A stretch of 64,000 bases of DNA from an uncultured Flavobacteriaceae bacterium (GTDB taxonomy: Bacteria > Bacteroidota > Bacteroidia > NS11-12g > UBA955), in NCBI GenBank assembly GCA_964626685.1, contig CAZVJY010000001.1, positions 173,881 to 237,880 of the forward strand, read 5' to 3'. The notes beneath the pieces were generated by a model. The model saw nothing but the letters and a program-made list of their open reading frames with translations, was not told where the DNA came from and searched no databases. This document shows positions 50,674 to 60,751 of the stretch, one piece after another; positions within the stretch are counted from its first letter, which is position 1; each line of letters opens with the position of its first letter. The position numbers and the translations under genes are program-made.

Positions 50674-52341
50674 ATGAAAAAAATCTTTACTATTTTGATG
50701 CTTGGGGCCGTTTTCTCAGGATTGATGGCACAAAAGCAGGTTACATTCAAAGTAGACATGAACAACTACACCGGTGGTTCATTTACTACTGTTTATGTAA
50801 GTGGTTCGTTCAACTCCTGGTCCGGAAACAGCAATGCACTGACGGATACAGACGCTGATGGTGTTTGGGAAGCTACTTTCCCCATCACTGATGATTCCAT
50901 TGAGTACAAATTCACTATGGACAATTGGAGCAAACAGGAGTCTCTCACACCCGGCAGTTCTTGTACCAAGACTACCGGCGGATTTACCAATCGCTTTGTT
51001 AGGCTTACAGGCAACGTTACCCTCAGCAAGGTTTGTTTTGAAAGCTGCTCGGCTTGTACTCCGGTGACCAACAAATCCATCACTTTCAATGTGAATATGA
51101 GACAATACACCGGCACCTACACCAATGTTTACGTTTCGGGCAATTTCAACGGATGGTCTGGTAACAGCAATCAACTTACGGATACAGACGGTGATAAAAT
51201 CTTCACCGGCACATTTGATATTACCCAGGATTCCATTGAATATAAATTCACAGTAGACAACTGGAAAGACGATGAGAAACTGACCGCAGGAAGCACATGC
51301 ACCAAAACCACCGGCAACTTTACCAACCGTTTCCTGAAAGTAACAGGACCAAAGGTACTCGGCAAGGTTTGCTGGGGTAGCTGCAGCGAGTGCACCAATG
51401 ATGTTACCTTTAAGGTTGACATGAACAAATATAAAGGCGCTCCCTTTAACGGTGTATTTGTAAACGGCAGTTTCAACGGATGGTGCGGCAGCTGCAATCC
51501 CATGTCAGACGCGGATAAAGATGGCATCTGGGAAGTAAAACTGCCTTTGCCACAAGATTCTATTGAATATCTTTTCACACTGGACACCTGGAGAGTACAA
51601 GAAAAAATGGCTCAGGGTAGCTCCTGCACCAAAACCGTAGGGCAATTCACCAACCGCTTCCTGAAAATTACAGGCGCCACTGTTCTTGATACTGTATGCT
51701 TTGAATCCTGCCTTAGCTGCGCCGATACCAAACAGAAGGTTAATGTGACCTTCAAGGTTGATATGAGCAAGAACACCGCTACATTCACTACGGTAAACAT
51801 CAATGGTACGTTCAACAACTGGTGCGGCAACTGCAATACTATGACCGATGCCAATAACGACAAGGTTTATGAAATAACCCTTCCTATCAATGCCACAGAC
51901 ACTTTCGAATACCTGTTTACCCTTGATGGCTGGGCTACCAAAGAAATCTTTACCGGAGGTGAAAGCTGCACCAAAACCACAGGCCAGTTTACCAACCGTA
52001 TGGGTGTGGTTACTTCAGACTCCACTATGCCTGCAGTATGCTGGGAAAAGTGTGTAACCTGTGCAACTGCTGGCACTGCTACCATTGCTGCACATGGTGT
52101 GAAAGTATTCCCCAACCCCGGCAACGGATTGTTTAATGTAACTGCTTCATTCAGCAACCTCACTGCAGGAAACATCGAAGTGTATGATGTAGTAGGCCAG
52201 AAGCTTTACAGCAAAGACTTCACAGGAAAAACCATCAACACCGAAATCAACCTTAACAGCGCCAAGCCCGGCATGTATCTGATGGTTATCAATACCGCAG
52301 AAGGCAGCTACCAGGAGCGCATCTTCATCAACAGCAAATAA
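50674..52341 (+). CDS. Non-catalytic T9SS-secreted protein with four tandem Cys-rich Ig/CBM-like repeats
   Basis: Signal peptide MKKIF...LMAQ; four repeats; CTD VFPNPG...YDVVGQ...GMYLM. Confidence 0.85.
   Translation: MKKIFTILMLGAVFSGLMAQKQVTFKVDMNNYTGGSFTTVYVSGSFNSWSGNSNALTDTDADGVWEATFPITDDSIEYKFTMDNWSKQESLTPGSSCTKTTGGFTNRFVRLTGNVTLSKVCFESCSACTPVTNKSITFNVNMRQYTGTYTNVYVSGNFNGWSGNSNQLTDTDGDKIFTGTFDITQDSIEYKFTVDNWKDDEKLTAGSTCTKTTGNFTNRFLKVTGPKVLGKVCWGSCSECTNDVTFKVDMNKYKGAPFNGVFVNGSFNGWCGSCNPMSDADKDGIWEVKLPLPQDSIEYLFTLDTWRVQEKMAQGSSCTKTVGQFTNRFLKITGATVLDTVCFESCLSCADTKQKVNVTFKVDMSKNTATFTTVNINGTFNNWCGNCNTMTDANNDKVYEITLPINATDTFEYLFTLDGWATKEIFTGGESCTKTTGQFTNRMGVVTSDSTMPAVCWEKCVTCATAGTATIAAHGVKVFPNPGNGLFNVTASFSNLTAGNIEVYDVVGQKLYSKDFTGKTINTEINLNSAKPGMYLMVINTAEGSYQERIFINSK
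50740..52062 (+). repeat. Four intragenic repeats of about 106-114 codons
   Basis: Units start at 50740, 51079, 51403 and 51745; each [VI]TF.V[DN]M...G.FN.W...D.D.D...EY.FT.D.W...CTKT.G.FTNR...VC..C..C. Confidence 0.92.
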
Positions 52342-52357
52342 TCATTTGGTTTGATAT

Positions 52358-52390
52358 ACAAAGAGGGAGGCCATGTGCCTCCTTTTTTGT
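52358..52390. terminator. Terminator between convergent genes
   Basis: ggaggc-catgt-gcctcc stem followed by tttttt. Confidence 0.75.
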
Positions 52391-52392
52391 TT

Positions 52393-53238
52393 TTAAGGAA
52401 TATACTCAAAAGAACGTATCACCACTTCTACAGGCTTTCCGTCGGATGGGGGCAAACCACTCAAAAGCCACAAATTCATGCGGGCACGGGTGGTAGCACC
52501 GGGTGCTGGTATGATAATGGGATTCGAAACCCTGCCACCCTCAATTTTGGTCCTTACGGGATTGTTAAGGTTGAAACTCCAGCTTGCCAGCGGACTTCCT
52601 CCCGGGTAAACAGATCCGGTATAGGAGTTCCAAGTAACCTGATCTGCACGCCAGTTAAAGATATGGGTGCTGGGTTGTTTCAGCTTGCTCACCTGCATTA
52701 CAGGCTTAAAAGAACGCTCGCTGTATGCAATTGGATTGTCAAAAATTACCGGCTGCACGGAATACGTAAGGGTAAGGCTGTCATTGGCTCTGAACCATTT
52801 GGAGAACTCAATGTCAACTTCACTGTTTGCCTGTTCCTGAAATGAATTGTCATCCCAGGTAAACAAACCCAGTACCACACGCTCATTGATATTGGCAACA
52901 TCGCTCTCGATGCAGAACACATAGGTTCCGTAACCTGAATTTTCCGTACAGATAACTTCACTGCTTTGCCACCTGCCGTTAATTCTGGCAATGCGCAGAT
53001 GCAAATATCCTTTGCTGTCAACCCAAACCATGCTGTCACTACCATTAAAATAATTGGGACCGGGACCCACTGGGCCCGTGCTGGATTTGATGTTCCAGCC
53101 GTAGCCGGAAAAGACCAAATCGCCTGAATCCCGTATTATCCGGCTCTTGTTATCCGGCGGATCAGATTGCTTACAGGAGTATACAGGCAACAGCAACATT
53201 GCTGCCAAAGCGGGAATGAAATACAATATTCTGGTCAT
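52393..53238 (-). CDS. GH16 family lipoprotein (beta-glucanase)
   Basis: Lipobox VYSC; VDSKGYLHL, GYGTY, catalytic EVDIE, MNLW. Confidence 0.75.
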   Translation of the reverse strand: MTRILYFIPALAAMLLLPVYSCKQSDPPDNKSRIIRDSGDLVFSGYGWNIKSSTGPVGPGPNYFNGSDSMVWVDSKGYLHLRIARINGRWQSSEVICTENSGYGTYVFCIESDVANINERVVLGLFTWDDNSFQEQANSEVDIEFSKWFRANDSLTLTYSVQPVIFDNPIAYSERSFKPVMQVSKLKQPSTHIFNWRADQVTWNSYTGSVYPGGSPLASWSFNLNNPVRTKIEGGRVSNPIIIPAPGATTRARMNLWLLSGLPPSDGKPVEVVIRSFEYIP

Positions 53239-55472
53239 CAGGGTTTGTGGTTTATCGTTACGGTTTGCTGTCCGGCGAAGAAATGAAGGATACCGGATGC
53301 CTTAAATGGTTTCATATCAGCGCCAATGTCTCCCACCTCGGAAAAGGGAACTTTAAGCGTAACAACAGCATCCTGCCCGGGCTTAAGATTGACCTTACTA
53401 AATGCGCAAAGTTTTTTCTGGGAGGGTGTAACCGGGGCATATTCATCGCGGTAATACACCTGCACCACTTCTTTGCCTTCGCGACTTCCTGTATTTCTTA
53501 CAATAACATTAATAACAAATGTATCATTTTGTGACGTTACCTTTAGTTCCCGGTAGTCGTAACGGGTAAAGGAAAGCCCATACCCAAAATCATACAATGG
53601 TCTGTAGCCTTTATCGCCAAAATGAATATCATTGTCTTCTGTACGTTTACGGTCATAATGTACAATATCTCCTGATGAACGCGGGTAGGTAAAAGGCAAG
53701 CGGCCCGAAGGGTTTATTTTACCATACAATAAGTCCACCAGTGGCTTTGCTCCCTCCTGTCCGGGGATATAGGCATGTACCACGGCACGGCTTATTGCAT
53801 CCAGGTCGGTTATGATGCGCGGCCTTCCCAACAGCAGCACCAATACCACAGGCACATTTCTGGCATTCAGCTGGTTCAGTGCAATTCGGTCTGCTGCAGG
53901 AATGGTAATGGCCAAATCATCAATGTTACCAGGGATTTCCGTGGCAGGCGTTTCCCCGAGGCAATACAGAACAACATTCGGTAACTGTTTCGATTTGCGC
54001 GTATTTCGGGCCACAAACTGTGCTGTTACCTCTGAAATATTTTCCTTGCCATAACCGGCTTTCAAAGCCTGTAGGATGGTTAATTTATTTGACTCATTGA
54101 AACTTGTATCCTGACCCAGCCATGTTTGCGACCAGGCCCCGTTCAGGTAATTGAGGCTGTTGGCACCGTTGCCCATTACCCACACCTTTGATTCGGTCTT
54201 CAGCGGCAATATATCTCCCTTATTTTTTAGGAGGGTTATCGATTCGCCTACGGCATCATATGCCACCCGCGCAAAACTGTCTGAGCCGAATAACGGATAA
54301 TCGGTCAGCGATGGCAGGCTTACTTTTCCTTCAAGGCCTAAATCTGCTTTCAGTTTCAATATACGCCGCACAGACATATCCAGACGGCTTTCCGGAATCT
54401 CCCCCGATTTTACCAGGTCCAGCAACAGTTCATTGAACTGAAAATCGTTGGGGGTCATACTCATATCGATACCCGCCATCACGGCCATTTTCACGGCATC
54501 CCTCAGCGTTTCAGCTACTTTGTGTGTGGTATGCAGTTTGTATACATCTTCCCAGTCGGTAACAGCCACCCCTTCAAAGCCCAGCTCTTCTCTAAGCAAG
54601 GTTGTGAGAATGGGATAGCTGGCATGAACCGGCACGCCATTCAACTCACCGGAGTTGATCATCAGGGTTTTAGCCTTCAACCGGATGGCTTCCTGAAATG
54701 TGGGCAGAAAATACGCCCTCAGTTCCCGTTCGCCAATCCAAACAGGGGTTCGGTCTTTGCCACTCAATGGGTAGCTGTAGCCCAGAAAATGCTTCATGCA
54801 GGCTGCCACCTGCCCATTTCCGAAGGTATTGCCCTGATAACCAGTGATACAGGCATTTGTCATCTTTTTGGCCAGACACACATCTTCGCCATAGGTTTCG
54901 AAGAACCGCGACCACAGAGGTTGCCTGCCAATATCCAGCACCGGTGAAAAATTCCATGGAATGCCGGAGGCACGGGTTTCGTATGCAGTTATCCGGGCTG
55001 CAGCCTTCACCAACTCCGGATTCCAGGTAGCAGCCTGCCCGATTTGCTGTGGAAACAGGGTTGATCCGAGTGTATAATTGGCTCCATGAATCGCATCGAT
55101 GCCATACAAAACAGGAATGCCATGTTTAGTGTAAAGGCTATTTGCCTGTTGAATGCTGTCAATCAGTTCCAGCCAGCGCTTGCGGCTGAGGGCATGAAAC
55201 CCGCATCCGCAGTTAAGCACGGATCCTACCTTGTAGCGCTGGAAAGCAAGACGAAGTTTGGCAGTATCCAGGCGGATGGGGTCAGCAACTTCACATGTTT
55301 TGCCCACGGCAAGCACACCCAGGTCTATCTGCGACATTTGGCCTACTTTTTCTTCCAAAGTCATGGACTTCAGGCGGTTTTCCACCGCTGCATCGCGGCT
55401 GTTCTGTGCACTAATTGTATGAGAAAAGGCAAAAACAAGGATTGCCAGAAACATCTTTATGCCTGTATTCAT
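53238..55472 (-). CDS. GH3 beta-glucosidase, periplasmic
   Basis: MTLEEKVGQM, GIDAIHG, RFFETYGED, CMKHF, VTDWED, PSGRLPFT, FGYGLS, Fn3-like EVVQVY. Confidence 0.93.
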   Translation of the reverse strand: MNTGIKMFLAILVFAFSHTISAQNSRDAAVENRLKSMTLEEKVGQMSQIDLGVLAVGKTCEVADPIRLDTAKLRLAFQRYKVGSVLNCGCGFHALSRKRWLELIDSIQQANSLYTKHGIPVLYGIDAIHGANYTLGSTLFPQQIGQAATWNPELVKAAARITAYETRASGIPWNFSPVLDIGRQPLWSRFFETYGEDVCLAKKMTNACITGYQGNTFGNGQVAACMKHFLGYSYPLSGKDRTPVWIGERELRAYFLPTFQEAIRLKAKTLMINSGELNGVPVHASYPILTTLLREELGFEGVAVTDWEDVYKLHTTHKVAETLRDAVKMAVMAGIDMSMTPNDFQFNELLLDLVKSGEIPESRLDMSVRRILKLKADLGLEGKVSLPSLTDYPLFGSDSFARVAYDAVGESITLLKNKGDILPLKTESKVWVMGNGANSLNYLNGAWSQTWLGQDTSFNESNKLTILQALKAGYGKENISEVTAQFVARNTRKSKQLPNVVLYCLGETPATEIPGNIDDLAITIPAADRIALNQLNARNVPVVLVLLLGRPRIITDLDAISRAVVHAYIPGQEGAKPLVDLLYGKINPSGRLPFTYPRSSGDIVHYDRKRTEDNDIHFGDKGYRPLYDFGYGLSFTRYDYRELKVTSQNDTFVINVIVRNTGSREGKEVVQVYYRDEYAPVTPSQKKLCAFSKVNLKPGQDAVVTLKVPFSEVGDIGADMKPFKASGILHFFAGQQTVTINHKP

Positions 55473-55477
55473 ATGGA

Positions 55478-56167
55478 TTATCTGCTTTTTCTTACCAGTT
55501 TAATATTATCGAAATACACATCTCCGTCAGCCTCAAACTGTATGATAAACTGTTTTATCATATCGGGCTGGGCCTGAAATCGGTCAAAAGGAAATTCCGT
55601 GAGTGGAATCAGCGCTGTTGTCCATTGTCCGGGCATAATACGGCTGCCATTAAGGTATTTGGCGGAAAATCCGATAAAACACTGAGCGCCTGTGTAATCT
55701 TCGAGTGCCAGAGCCAACGGCAAGGATTTCAAGGTGTCGGTTTGTGAACGGATCTGTATTTGAATGCAGGCGGAATCCAGTATGCCCGACAAATCCTTGG
55801 GTTGCCAGTTATCCCAGCCAAAGCCCATTCCTATCCATTTGCAGCCACCGGCTATTTTATCCCATTTGGCACGCATACAATAGGAACCGGAAGCAGGCCG
55901 ATTGTCAACCTTTGTTACTGAAACACATGCCGACTCTTTGGATACCCAGATATCAGAGCCCATGCTTTCATCGAAAAGCTCCAGCGCACTGAAACCACCG
56001 ATATCAGCGATAGTTCGCGTTTCAGCATAATCGTACAGCTCCATTTTTTTCATACGAAGAACCCCTTTCGTTATGTGTACAGTATCCAAATTGCGTACAG
56101 CCGTGTCCTGTGCGTGGAGGGCGCTGCACAGCAACATCAGGCTAAGAACACAAGACAATGCTTTCAT
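55478..56167 (-). CDS. Secreted stand-alone carbohydrate-binding-module-like protein (CBM11/CBM30-like jelly roll)
   Basis: SpI signal ALHAQ; WIGMGFGWDNW..KDLS, WTTALIPLTEF, VYFDNIKLV. Confidence 0.6.
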   Translation of the reverse strand: MKALSCVLSLMLLCSALHAQDTAVRNLDTVHITKGVLRMKKMELYDYAETRTIADIGGFSALELFDESMGSDIWVSKESACVSVTKVDNRPASGSYCMRAKWDKIAGGCKWIGMGFGWDNWQPKDLSGILDSACIQIQIRSQTDTLKSLPLALALEDYTGAQCFIGFSAKYLNGSRIMPGQWTTALIPLTEFPFDRFQAQPDMIKQFIIQFEADGDVYFDNIKLVRKSR

Positions 56168-57171
56168 TACAGTTCCAGCGGGGCTTTCTCGGTGAAGATG
56201 AGATAGTCAATCTTGGTGCCGGCCGCACCCAGCGATGGATTGGCCAGATGCAGCATGGAAATGGTAACAATGCTATTCGGGTTGTGGCGGTTATTGCCTT
56301 TGTTGGGCGCCGGCTGTCCATTGCTAAGGTGTATCAAATCGCTGTATTTGAATGATACCATTTTCCAGCCCTGCCAGTTTACAATGATTTCCTTGTCAAA
56401 CTGGTCGTCGGCACTGGCATCGAATACCTTGTTGTTGTTATCATCTTCTTTAAACTGAAATAGTACCCTGCTGGGATTGGGGGTTGCATCGCCATAAATA
56501 AGACAGTTGAAGTACACATCTTCAGGAACCGTGCTCAAAGACAGTGTGGGTGAGCCATAGGCAGACGCTGGAAAATCAATCAGGCCAATGAGCCAGTCCC
56601 AAGAGACCGTTCCGGCCATGTTCAGATAGTTTTTGCCCTGAACTGAAAAGCCATCGGTTTTTACCTTAAAATCCATATTGGCTCCAGATTGAATAAACGT
56701 ATTCCATTTTGCGTTCAGTCCGGTCTCGAAGTCAGCAATAACAAGCCCCTGAGGAACCCGTACCCCGTTAACACCCACATTCAAACTGAAGCTATCGGTA
56801 ACCCCGGCAATTTTGAGCACGGCGCGGCAGGGTTCTGTGCGGAATGCAGGCAAAACGGTGGTAGTACCGTTCCATTCGGCATTTGCGGCGTTAATCTGAC
56901 GGGATTTCCCGGAGATAATTTTTCTCGCTTTGCTCAAATCCCCGTAAATGGTAATGGTCCAGTCGCATTGCTTGGTGAATTCTGCACCAAAAACAATGGT
57001 TTCCCCTTTTGAAAAATCAGCTGCACTTTTGCTTGCCGTGAAGGGTTTTACCATGCCAAACGGACCATTAAGATCTTCCAGGCTAGGGCCTTCAAAGGGC
57101 TTGTTTTCGCGCTTGCATGAAGCCAAAATAAACAACAGTGGCAATATGCGGTATAGTGTTTTCATATTCAT
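56167..57171 (-). CDS. Lipoprotein with Ig-like plus CBM-like domains (candidate surface glycan-binding protein)
   Basis: Lipobox LASC; IADFE, WQGWKMVSFKYSDL, IDYLIF. Confidence 0.6.
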   Translation of the reverse strand: MNMKTLYRILPLLFILASCKRENKPFEGPSLEDLNGPFGMVKPFTASKSAADFSKGETIVFGAEFTKQCDWTITIYGDLSKARKIISGKSRQINAANAEWNGTTTVLPAFRTEPCRAVLKIAGVTDSFSLNVGVNGVRVPQGLVIADFETGLNAKWNTFIQSGANMDFKVKTDGFSVQGKNYLNMAGTVSWDWLIGLIDFPASAYGSPTLSLSTVPEDVYFNCLIYGDATPNPSRVLFQFKEDDNNNKVFDASADDQFDKEIIVNWQGWKMVSFKYSDLIHLSNGQPAPNKGNNRHNPNSIVTISMLHLANPSLGAAGTKIDYLIFTEKAPLEL

Positions 57172-58898
57172 CAGAATGTCATGTTATAAATGGCCTGCAT
57201 CTGTCCGATACTGTAATCCCGGTATGACTGGGCCTTGTTTTGAAATTGCATGCGCTGATACATGAGCGCCAGGTAAGTCTTGCCACCAAAGCGAACACGA
57301 AGTCCGGCTGCGGCCGTGCTGTGTTTTTGATTGGCTGAGAATCCTGCAAAATCGATAACCTCGGTATATTCGTTGCGCACGGCCATCATATCGTTTCCTT
57401 TGCCTTGCAGCACAGTATAGCCACCCAGCAAATCAATGTCCTTCATCACCTCTACTTCCATACCGGCCGACCATTGCAGAGAAGTCAAGTCCAGCTCTTC
57501 ATACGCGCGGGTGCTTTTACGCCGGGTGTTCTGGTCACAGGCAGACAATAGCAACTTCGCTTGTTTTTTTAAACCCAGCAGCTTTCCTGCATCGCAGATT
57601 ATATCCAGGCGGGTCATATCCATCTTTTTCAGCTCGGGTGTTCCCTGCCCTAAAATTTCAGATAAACGCCAGCGTTGCGCATCGATTGTTATAGTATTTT
57701 TTACAATATTATACTTTGCCTTTGCATAAAAACCCTGCCTGTTAAAGGTCGCTATTCCATATGGAAGCACATTGTTTATTAAAGGATTGTAGGCCATCAG
57801 CCTTGTATTGATACCGGTGCGGTAGAGATTGGTGTTGCCAATAAAATCCAACAGATGAAGAGGCCGGTCTATCTGCATTTGGGTATAGCGGTTATACAAT
57901 AAGGGTTGTGCATTGTAATCGATACGCTTGGACTGCGCAGCCATACTCCTGAAATCGGGTCCCACATTGATATAACCCGCTTCGGCCTCCCAGCGTTTGC
58001 TGCCGGGAGCAACTTTTACAAAACCATGAACAAAAAAGTCCTGCAGGTGTGGTGATGCGGTATCATGCACCATGCGGTAGGATGAATTGCCGGCTTCGCC
58101 TCCGAATGTGAACAGCTGTTTGGTGATTGCCTGCTTCCATTCCCAAGACAAGGTTTGCACCGTATTCTGAAACAACAGTGGTTGTGTTGCGGTTTCCTTA
58201 ACATCAAAAATGCGGCTGATATTGTAAGCCAGGGTGGCCTTTTTGTTCCATACCCAGTTGGCGGTTGCCCCTGTGTGCAGGCGTTCGGGCTGGCTGCCGA
58301 AATTGGTGGCATTCAAACGGGTAAGGTATCCATGAAAGTTCCAGTCAGATTTGAGTTTTACGGATTCCAATCCAAAATCTGCCGCCGCTCCCTGTTGCCG
58401 CCAGGTTCCGGGCACGAAAAAGGATTCGTAGTTTACAATATCCCGCTGAAGATCAAATACTGCAGGCTGCTGCATGCACCGGTCCTCATCGTGGTTCCAG
58501 AAAGTAAACGGTGTCTGTTTAAGGTTGATATCACCCAGCTGGTAACGGACTTTATCGGCAATCACGCCTTTTAACCAAAGCTGACGAACATCAAAGGATA
58601 CGCCCGCACCCCAGAAACCGCCAAAACGGTTATTGATGCGAATCATACCCAGTATTTCGGTGTTTTTATTGGGTCGAATATTGAAACCCAAATCTATAAG
58701 GGCATATCCACCGGCGTTTTTGGGAGCAGTGACCTTGTCAGGAACACTGTCCTTCACTTGCAATTCGGAGTTGGCCAAAACCGAACGCGCACCCCCTTTC
58801 ATACTAAACTTGGGGCTGTTTTGTGCAAGCATTACCATAGGCATTGCCGCTGCAAGGAAACCGAAAATTTTAATGCTATTGCGTATGAGTATTTTCAT
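57171..58898 (-). CDS. Uncharacterised predicted outer-membrane beta-barrel protein B
   Basis: SpI signal, amphipathic strands, C-terminal QAIYNMTF beta-signal; no TonB plug motifs recognised. Confidence 0.6.
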   Translation of the reverse strand: MKILIRNSIKIFGFLAAAMPMVMLAQNSPKFSMKGGARSVLANSELQVKDSVPDKVTAPKNAGGYALIDLGFNIRPNKNTEILGMIRINNRFGGFWGAGVSFDVRQLWLKGVIADKVRYQLGDINLKQTPFTFWNHDEDRCMQQPAVFDLQRDIVNYESFFVPGTWRQQGAAADFGLESVKLKSDWNFHGYLTRLNATNFGSQPERLHTGATANWVWNKKATLAYNISRIFDVKETATQPLLFQNTVQTLSWEWKQAITKQLFTFGGEAGNSSYRMVHDTASPHLQDFFVHGFVKVAPGSKRWEAEAGYINVGPDFRSMAAQSKRIDYNAQPLLYNRYTQMQIDRPLHLLDFIGNTNLYRTGINTRLMAYNPLINNVLPYGIATFNRQGFYAKAKYNIVKNTITIDAQRWRLSEILGQGTPELKKMDMTRLDIICDAGKLLGLKKQAKLLLSACDQNTRRKSTRAYEELDLTSLQWSAGMEVEVMKDIDLLGGYTVLQGKGNDMMAVRNEYTEVIDFAGFSANQKHSTAAAGLRVRFGGKTYLALMYQRMQFQNKAQSYRDYSIGQMQAIYNMTF

Positions 58899-60751
58899 CA
58901 AAAGAATATTTTTAATTCCACAGTGGTTTCCCATCCGCGGTATCGGTCTTTACTGAAGCTGCGGTCTCTGTAATACATTTTTCTCTGCCTGATATACAGG
59001 CCTGCACCTTTGCTCATTTCGATATCGAAGCCGGTGGCAATACCATAGCCTTCCTGGTTTTTGGGCCTTCGGCTGATGGCATCGGTACGGGTATCGTAAT
59101 TGGCTATTATTCTCTCTGCGCCGGCATAGTTGCACCATACCAGGTTTTTGGCCAGTTTCAGATAAGACTCCAGCTGGTGATAATACGTGCGGAGATAGGC
59201 TTTTTCCGTAAACACGGTAAAGGGAGAGGCAAAAGACTGAACCGAAGCGTAGGTACCGAGGTAATTTATAAAGAGATCTTTCCCGGCGAGCTGCGTTTTA
59301 TATTTGATTTGAAGTTCAGCGGTATTGAAATATTTATCGTCCAGCGGAACCTTGCGGGAATCTACATTTACCAGATCAACAGATTCAAAAACACCGCGGT
59401 ATACTTTGGTGAGGTTGGCATAAGGCCCCACTCCGGCAGGAAAAGACCAGCGCCAGAATCGCGATAAGGCCAGGTTGTTTACCGGGTGCGAATAGGTTAT
59501 TTGTGTAGCAATACGCTCCAGTTCGCGGGCAATGCTATAACCCGCATTGATGCGAAACCGACCTGCTTTGGTTTCAGAGTTTAGTTCTATCCCAGTGCGA
59601 TTATTCGTCAGTTGGCCTACCGGCACCATAGCGCTGGAAAAAGGCGCCAGCACCAGCTGTGCATCGCTTTGAGCCCCTGTATTATTACCTTCGGCAATGG
59701 CTGAATTCCAGAATACACTGCTGTTGTTGATGACCTTTGGACTGATGCGGAAGTAATGGATTTGAAGGGGTATCCGAAGCACGCGCTGCGGGATGTCCAG
59801 TTTCAGCGAGATCGCTTCACCCCAGCCCTTATTGTATGAATTACTATAATACCGTCCGGCACCGGTTTCACCGTATACTTTCCAGCCATTTTTCTGCCAT
59901 ACAAACTCGGCAGTATGCACGGAAAAGCCGAGGGTACTGCTCAGCAGTGAATCTGAATATGTTTGGTTATTAAACGTATTGAGGCTGATGTATCGGTTAT
60001 CGTCGCCTTTTTTAATTTTTCCGCCCAGGCTGTGATTGGGCAGTGGGGTCATACCACCATTCAGCTGCGTTTTGCCGTACATCAGCACCCCAGAAAAACC
60101 ATGCGGCAGGTTGCTGCCTTCAAGAATCAGCCCCTGAAATGCCTGTCTGCCCCAGCGGGTATCCTGGTTCATGGCGCCGGTCTGATAAAAGGTCTGGTAG
60201 CGATCCATGGCATTGCGGGTCATTGGGTCCCATGGGTTGCGCTCGAATACGGTAAAACGGTTAAATCCAGGGTTGGAAAAGAAAGTAAAGGGTGTTAGGG
60301 AATACCAGTTTATGCCACCTGTTTGTATCTGCAAGGTACCTTTCTCAAAATCATGGGTACCGGTGAGGCTAACGCCAAGGTTAAGCCCTTTTACATTTTC
60401 AGCCATTCCGCCTCCCATCATGGGTGTCCACAGGTAAAAATCTGTGTAAAAACGGGTGTTGGGGGATATACTTCCGCCCAGGTTAAGCAACAGTTGCGGT
60501 ATCTGGCTGTCATCACCCACAAAAATATTTAATGGGGTATTCATCTGTTCGGTATAACCTTCCTGCAGATGGCGCACATTGGTGATAAACCTGTAATAGC
60601 CTGACACCTGGAAGCGTTCAAGGGTAGGTATGGGTGCTTTGGGATGCACACCCGGCGTTTCACTTAGCTTAGCTGTATCCTGTGCAGTGGCAGACATTGC
60701 CACAGCAGCCAGCCAAACAGAGCATACAATATGAATGTATTTCTTCATCAT
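58898..60751 (-). CDS. Uncharacterised predicted outer-membrane beta-barrel protein A
   Basis: SpI signal ATAQ, amphipathic strands, C-terminal TVELKIFF; shares motifs with protein B. Confidence 0.6.
   Translation of the reverse strand: MMKKYIHIVCSVWLAAVAMSATAQDTAKLSETPGVHPKAPIPTLERFQVSGYYRFITNVRHLQEGYTEQMNTPLNIFVGDDSQIPQLLLNLGGSISPNTRFYTDFYLWTPMMGGGMAENVKGLNLGVSLTGTHDFEKGTLQIQTGGINWYSLTPFTFFSNPGFNRFTVFERNPWDPMTRNAMDRYQTFYQTGAMNQDTRWGRQAFQGLILEGSNLPHGFSGVLMYGKTQLNGGMTPLPNHSLGGKIKKGDDNRYISLNTFNNQTYSDSLLSSTLGFSVHTAEFVWQKNGWKVYGETGAGRYYSNSYNKGWGEAISLKLDIPQRVLRIPLQIHYFRISPKVINNSSVFWNSAIAEGNNTGAQSDAQLVLAPFSSAMVPVGQLTNNRTGIELNSETKAGRFRINAGYSIARELERIATQITYSHPVNNLALSRFWRWSFPAGVGPYANLTKVYRGVFESVDLVNVDSRKVPLDDKYFNTAELQIKYKTQLAGKDLFINYLGTYASVQSFASPFTVFTEKAYLRTYYHQLESYLKLAKNLVWCNYAGAERIIANYDTRTDAISRRPKNQEGYGIATGFDIEMSKGAGLYIRQRKMYYRDRSFSKDRYRGWETTVELKIFF

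Noticed and set aside
50740-52062. Recurring DNA words such as tgcaccaaaacc and accaaccg as a possible CRISPR array
   Set aside because: They are in-frame protein domain repeats about 330 bp apart with synonymous variation; no spacers or cas genes.
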